Assembly: GCA_944355355.1 (NCBI GenBank) | Contig: CALVQE010000001.1 | Location: 69,351-133,350 of the forward strand | Direction: 5' to 3' | Source of the DNA: an uncultured Bacilli bacterium | GTDB lineage: Bacteria > Bacillota_I > Bacilli_A > RF39 > UBA660 | Length of the DNA: 64,000 bases | Shown here: one piece after another, positions 59,483-64,000 of the stretch | Layout: each line of letters begins with the position of its first letter | Position numbering within the stretch: position 1 is the first letter of the stretch | The notes under the pieces: generated by a model | The model's database searches: none | Told to the model about the DNA's origin: nothing | What the model saw: the letters and a program-made list of their open reading frames with translations, nothing else | Translations under genes and position numbers: made by a program

Positions 59483-60487
59483 ATGGAAGAAAAAAATAAT
59501 ATAGTTATATATCAATTAGAAGATGGTAAGACAAAGATAGATGTAAAACTTGATGGGGAAACTGTATGGTTATCACAGCACCAAATGGCTGAGTTATATG
59601 ATACAACTAAACAAAATATTAGTTTACACATAAAAAACATTTTTGATGAAGAAGAATTAGATGAAGATTCAACTGTCAAGGAATTCTTGACAGTTCAACA
59701 AGAAGGAAATAGAAGTGTTGAAAGAAAAGTTAAATATTACAATCTAGATATGATTATTTCTTTAGGGTATAGAATAAAATCTAAAATTGCTACTAATTTT
59801 AGAAAATGGGCAACCGAAAGATTAAAAGAGTATATGATTAAAGGTTTTACTATGGATGATGAAAGACTTAAAGGAAATGGTGGCGGTAATTATTGGAAAG
59901 AATTACTTGCTAGAATTAAAGATATAAGGTCATCTGAAAAAGTATTATATAGACAAGTCCTTGATTTATACGCAACTGCGGTAGACTATGATCCGAAAGA
60001 TAGCAAGTCAATTGAATTTTTTAAAATTGTTCAAAATAAACTTCATTATGCAGCACACGGACATACTGCTTCAGAAGTAATCTATGAAAGAGCAGATGCT
60101 GAAAAGCCTTTTATGGGATTGACAACATTTAAAGGAGAAATTCCAGTGTTACAAGATGTTGTAATTGCAAGAAATTATTTAACAGAAGAAGAACTAAAAA
60201 TTTTAAATAATTTAGTATCAGGTTATTTTGATTTTGCAGAGATACAAGCTATTAGGCATAAGCCAATGTATATGGAAGATTATATTAGACAATTAGATAC
60301 AATCCTTTCTAGTGCTGGTGAAAAAATACTTGCTGGATCAGGTACCGTTAGTCATAAAAGAGCGATTGAAAAAGCAAAAAATGAATATAGAAAATATCAA
60401 GTGAAAACAATAAGCCCTGTGGAAAAAGCATATTTAGAAACTTTAAAAGAAATAAGTAATAAGATAGATGATAAAATAAAGGTGTGA
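59483..60487 (+). CDS. rhuM: RhuM-family virulence/Fic-related protein
   Basis: N-terminus IVIYQLEDGKTKIDVKLDGETVWLSQHQMAELYDTTKQNISLHIKNIF and the YYNLDMIISLGYRIKS block are typical of the RhuM family. Confidence 0.7.
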   Translation: MEEKNNIVIYQLEDGKTKIDVKLDGETVWLSQHQMAELYDTTKQNISLHIKNIFDEEELDEDSTVKEFLTVQQEGNRSVERKVKYYNLDMIISLGYRIKSKIATNFRKWATERLKEYMIKGFTMDDERLKGNGGGNYWKELLARIKDIRSSEKVLYRQVLDLYATAVDYDPKDSKSIEFFKIVQNKLHYAAHGHTASEVIYERADAEKPFMGLTTFKGEIPVLQDVVIARNYLTEEELKILNNLVSGYFDFAEIQAIRHKPMYMEDYIRQLDTILSSAGEKILAGSGTVSHKRAIEKAKNEYRKYQVKTISPVEKAYLETLKEISNKIDDKIKV

Positions 60488-60518
60488 ACAAGGTTTTAAT
60501 TTGTTGACACCTTTTAAA
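60473..60518 (+). repeat. direct repeat 2 of the 45-bp hairpin element; overlaps the rhuM stop codon
   Basis: AAAATAAAGGTGTGAACAAggttttaatTTGTTGACACCTTTTAA, about 90% identical to repeat 1. Confidence 0.7.
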
Positions 60519-60585
60519 TTTAATAGAATGGAGGTCGAATTCGACCAAATTTAGAGCTAAATTTTTATAAGAAAAGGAAGGCAAA

Positions 60586-61443
60586 ATGATAAAAGAAATT
60601 AACATAGAAGATATTAAAGAATTATTTAGAGAAAGAAATAAAGAAGCTAATAAAGGTGATTTTGGCAAAGTCGGTATTTTAGGAGGTTCCATCAATTATA
60701 GTGGAGCTATAAAATTAGCAAGTATGAGTCTAACATCTTTACGAAGTGGTTGTGGCTTAGTCCGTATAATTGTTCCATCAAAAACAGTAAATATGCTTGG
60801 TCCTTATATATTAGAACAAACCATATTTGCTTATGACTCTCTAGAAGACATTCAAAGAGCTATAACTGATTTAGATGTTTTAGCCGTGGGAATGGGCTGG
60901 GCAGCCAAAGCAGAACATTTAGGTATTTTAGAATATATCTTATTAAACTTTAAAGGAAAACTCATAATAGATGCCGATGGCCTAAATACTTTAGTAGGAC
61001 ATCTAGATTTATTAAAAGAAAGCCAAGCAAATATTTTATTAACTCCGCATTTAAAAGAGTTTTCAAGACTGACAAATATTCCTATTAAAGAAATAAAAGA
61101 ACAAGAAACATCAGTAGTACATACTTTTGCCAAAGAAAACAATGTAACAGTTCTATTAAAAGGAAGTACAACAATGATTACAGATGGTAAAGACATTTAT
61201 TTAACAAAATATGGAACACCTGGCATGGCTACGAGTGGCAGCGGTGATATCTTATCTGGTATACTAGCAGGTCTATTAGGTTACTTAGAATTTAATCTTT
61301 TAACCGTTAGTGCTGCTACAATTTTAAATGGTCTAGCCGGAAAATTAGCTGAAGAAAAATATACAGATATTAGCATGATTGCTCGTGATACAATCAGATG
61401 CATACCACAGGCAATAAAAAAAATAAGAAAAGGAGAAAAATAA
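60586..61443 (+). CDS. nnrD: ADP-dependent NAD(P)H-hydrate dehydratase (YjeF C-terminal domain, Nnr2)
   Basis: GDFGKVGILGGS and GSGDILSG motifs. Confidence 0.8.
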   Translation: MIKEINIEDIKELFRERNKEANKGDFGKVGILGGSINYSGAIKLASMSLTSLRSGCGLVRIIVPSKTVNMLGPYILEQTIFAYDSLEDIQRAITDLDVLAVGMGWAAKAEHLGILEYILLNFKGKLIIDADGLNTLVGHLDLLKESQANILLTPHLKEFSRLTNIPIKEIKEQETSVVHTFAKENNVTVLLKGSTTMITDGKDIYLTKYGTPGMATSGSGDILSGILAGLLGYLEFNLLTVSAATILNGLAGKLAEEKYTDISMIARDTIRCIPQAIKKIRKGEK

Positions 61444-61444
61444 A

Positions 61445-61909
61445 ATGTCATTAGAAAAAGCTAAAAATTATTTAAAAAAGTATAACCTAGATCAAAATAT
61501 TATGGAATTTTCTGAGTCAACTGCCACAGTTAAAGAGGCAGCCGAGGCTTTAAAAGTAACAGAGGCTGAGATAGCCAAATCATTGTCATTTCTCGTAAAT
61601 GATGAACCAATCTTAATCGTCACTTCGGGTGATCAAAAAATTGATAATAGTAAATTTAAAAGTGAATTTCATACTAAAGCCAGAATGATTCCAATCGAAG
61701 AAGTAGAAAATAAAATCGGTCATGATATTGGAGGGGTATGTCCATTTGGTATTAAAGAAAATGTTAAAATCTATTTAGATGAAACCTTAAAGCAATCTAC
61801 CTACATTTATCCTGCATGTGGATCTTCTAACAGTGCAATCAAACTTACTCCTACGCAACTAGAAAATATACTACCTGATACCCATTGGATAAACATCTGT
61901 AGAAAATAA
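61445..61909 (+). CDS. YbaK/ProX-type aminoacyl-tRNA deacylase
   Basis: 154 aa, YbaK fold block GGVCPFG. Confidence 0.7.
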   Translation: MSLEKAKNYLKKYNLDQNIMEFSESTATVKEAAEALKVTEAEIAKSLSFLVNDEPILIVTSGDQKIDNSKFKSEFHTKARMIPIEEVENKIGHDIGGVCPFGIKENVKIYLDETLKQSTYIYPACGSSNSAIKLTPTQLENILPDTHWINICRK

Positions 61910-61970
61910 AAAATTCAGTTGTTATTTCAAGAAATGCGTGTATAATAAATGTAAGAAATGAGGAAAAACA

Positions 61971-62549
61971 ATGGATAAAACAGACGAACTATATTTTATT
62001 GGAATATATCAAAGAATACTTTAATGGGGAGAGATCTCTTACTCTAATATTCTTGATGCTGGACTACACCGAAACATTTATAAAATTTGGTGTGACATAA
62101 TGCCAAGAGAAGAAAGATTGTGTATTGCAAAAATAGCCTTTCAAATTGTTAATCAAGTCTACTTAATAAAAACAAACACAAAAATATTGTTACAACAAAA
62201 GGATCCGTTTGATAATGTTCAAGAATTAATAAACCTTGACTGCGATCCAACGTATCAAAAAAGTTATTTAACAGCGCTTCAATTAATATGTAACAGTATA
62301 AATCAATTTGCTGAAAAAGGATATACAGTTTTCGCCATCGATCCGACCGAGGACAAACGAGAAAATGAAAGTCCTCATTTAAATATTTTATTAGATGAAG
62401 AAAATCGCTTCATACAGTTTCAAGCAATAAACATGGATAAATTAGAGCAAACAAAAGCAATGCTTCAAATTACTAAAATGAATTTGAATAACATACAAGG
62501 CCCTTATCAAAATGCCACTTGTATAGTTCGTAAAAAAGTTCAAAATTAG
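61971..62549 (+). pseudogene. paralog of the downstream 190-aa gene, interrupted by an in-frame TAA at codon 18 (62022-62024); the ORF track records only the 62100-62549 part
   Basis: ATG 61971 and ATG 62100 are in the same frame. MDKTDELYFIGIYQRIL*WGEISYSNILDAGLHRNIYKIWCDIMPREERL aligns with the paralog MNKTDKQIQDNYFYIIYRSLLIDWSKEILKEMCLDDTTIGFGRFWYDIIPIEDKV across the stop. Upstream it has an own RBS and an extended -10. Confidence 0.55.
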
Positions 62550-62622
62550 TTTGGCTACAAATAGTTTTGAGATTGAGATATTTTTAATAAAAGTAAAATA
62601 TGACAAGAAAAGAGGAGAAACG

Positions 62623-63195
62623 ATGAATAAAACAGACAAACAAATCCAAGACAACTATTTTTATATTATTTATAGAAGCCTACTTATTGACTGGTCAAAA
62701 GAAATTTTAAAAGAAATGTGCCTTGATGATACTACAATAGGATTCGGAAGATTTTGGTATGACATAATCCCAATCGAAGACAAAGTCAATTTAGCCCAAG
62801 CAGCACTTCAAACTATTAATCAAGTTTATTTAGCTAAACGCAAACAAGATGTGAACTTTAACCAAAAAGATCCGTTTGATATAGCCCTAGAATTAATAGC
62901 TATGAAAGATGATGCCTCATACAAACCGAGCTTCCTACTATCCATACAATTAATCTGTGCCGAAATATTAGGTATTATTGAAGGATCTTGCCCAATACTA
63001 TTTACGTCTAAACAAGAAGAACAAACACCTCACACCCTAGTAAAAGTTTATGAAAATGCAAACTATGACTTTGAATTCGTTAACATGAGCGAGTTAGAAC
63101 AAGCAAGAACTATTCTTCAAATTACTAAAATGGAAGTTGCCAAACAACAAGGACCTATCCCAAATGTATCCTATTTAATTCTAAAAAACATGTAG
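62623..63195 (+). CDS. hypothetical protein, intact paralog of 61971-62549 (KDPFD motif family, unknown function)
   Basis: Start at MNKTDKQ with an AGAGGAG RBS. About 35-40% identical to the upstream copy over its full length. Confidence 0.6.
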   Translation: MNKTDKQIQDNYFYIIYRSLLIDWSKEILKEMCLDDTTIGFGRFWYDIIPIEDKVNLAQAALQTINQVYLAKRKQDVNFNQKDPFDIALELIAMKDDASYKPSFLLSIQLICAEILGIIEGSCPILFTSKQEEQTPHTLVKVYENANYDFEFVNMSELEQARTILQITKMEVAKQQGPIPNVSYLILKNM

Positions 63196-63350
63196 ATGTA
63201 ACATAAACTAGCTTAAAACAGAAGCTAGTTTTAAAAAGAATAAGTTTACTTTTCAAGAAAATATGTTATAATAACACCAACTTGACTTAGAAGAACTGGT
63301 AAAAAAGAAAAAGCAAATTGATATAGGATAAATATATAAGGAGTGATTGT

Positions 63351-64000
63351 ATGTTATCTTATGGAAAAAACGTTTTGCTTATGACCGATCCAAGAGAAAT
63401 AAAAAAAGTATATATAAGTAAAACAAGAAAAGATGAAGAAGTTTTTAAATATTTAAAAGCAAACAAAATTCATTATCTTGTCGTAGAAAATCAAATTTTA
63501 AATAGCATGACAAAGGAAAACCATCAAGGAATTATTATTGAAAGAGAACTTTATCGTTATCAAAATTTAGAGGAATTATATGATAAAGAGTTTATAGTCA
63601 TGTTAGACCATTTAGAAGACCCTCATAATTTTGGAGCTATTATAAGAACATGTGAAGCAGCTGGTGTGGATGGTATTATTATTCCTAAAGACCGAAGTGT
63701 ATCTGTAAATGATACAGTCTTTAAAACTAGCGTGGGTACTGCAGAAAAAATGAAAATCGTCAAAGTGGCAAATTTAGTAGACACGATAAAAAAATTACAA
63801 CAAGAAGGTTATTTTGTATATGCCAGTGCAATGGATGGAAAAGATTATCGTGACATTTCTTTTGCTGAAAAGAAAGTATTAATTATTGGGAATGAAGGTA
63901 AAGGAATTAGTAAATTAGTTAGAGAGAAAAGTGATGAAATCATAAAAATACCAATGAAAGGTAATGTAAACAGTTTAAATGCTTCTGTCGCGGCAGCTAT
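63351..64000 (+). CDS. rlmB: SpoU/TrmH-family 23S rRNA 2'-O-ribose methyltransferase (RlmB-like), truncated by the window end
   Basis: AAGGAG RBS. SpoU motifs HNFGAIIRTCEAAGVDGII and IGNEGKGIS. Not in the ORF track because no stop falls in the window. Confidence 0.8.
   Translation, partial: MLSYGKNVLLMTDPREIKKVYISKTRKDEEVFKYLKANKIHYLVVENQILNSMTKENHQGIIIERELYRYQNLEELYDKEFIVMLDHLEDPHNFGAIIRTCEAAGVDGIIIPKDRSVSVNDTVFKTSVGTAEKMKIVKVANLVDTIKKLQQEGYFVYASAMDGKDYRDISFAEKKVLIIGNEGKGISKLVREKSDEIIKIPMKGNVNSLNASVAAA

Noticed and set aside
60531-60544. GGTCGAATTCGACC as a tRNA T-arm or tRNA gene
   Set aside because: It is a simple 14-bp palindrome with no cloverleaf context. No tRNA or rRNA genes were recognised in the window.
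61971-62549. Alternative genetic code (TAA read as sense) to explain the in-frame stop in the first paralog
   Set aside because: TAA terminates many neighbouring genes with conserved C-termini (metG, gyrA, agrD and others). A standard code is implied.
57755-62654. ORFs 57755-57964, 58318-58509, 59147-59401, 60348-60695, 60852-61196 and 62442-62654
   Set aside because: Antisense to secA, rhuM, nnrD and the paralog genes.

Overview
The window is about 28% GC and contains the chromosomal replication origin of a low-GC, B. subtilis-like Firmicute that carries a sporulation gene set. The origin lies at about 23.1-25.1 kb. Genes to its left run on the minus strand: dnaA, dnaN, a ComK-family gene, recF, gyrB, gyrA, tadA, dnaX, ybaB, recR, bofA, holB, ricT, a methyltransferase, pth, mfd, spoVT, metG behind a T-box leader, and tatD. 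Genes to its right run on the plus strand: rpmH, rnpA, yidC, jag, an unexpected 541-aa orphan, mnmE, mnmG, rsmG, a ParB/Noc-family gene, then argS, rpoE, prfA, prmC, spoIIR, mntP, murA, rpmE, rpiB, spoIID, a spoIIQ-like gene, an agr-type quorum-sensing locus, two csp genes, hpf, secA, and accessory genes. The strand switch coincides with oriC, whose DnaA-box clusters sit on both sides of dnaA. The most striking feature is a 1.7-kb, roughly 85% AT non-coding block between tadA and gyrA. It holds 11 perfect parS sites (TGTT[T/C]CACGTGAAACA) arranged as a higher-order tandem repeat, which looks like a dedicated chromosomal centromere array. The only ParB-family gene in the window sits where B. 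subtilis has noc, and it carries Noc-type recognition residues. Three identical Noc-binding-site palindromes (ATTTCCCGGGAAAT) occur in the window, two of them inside CDSs in different reading frames. No soj or spo0J follows it, so the parS-binding ParB must lie elsewhere. Other noteworthy items are an unannotated 37-aa AgrD propeptide completing an agrAC and agrBD locus, a rhuM cassette flanked by 45-bp hairpin direct repeats, a paralog pair whose first copy has an in-frame stop, a tandem-WXG protein, and a candidate structured RNA between tadA and dnaX. No rRNA, tRNA, CRISPR or transposase genes were recognised.
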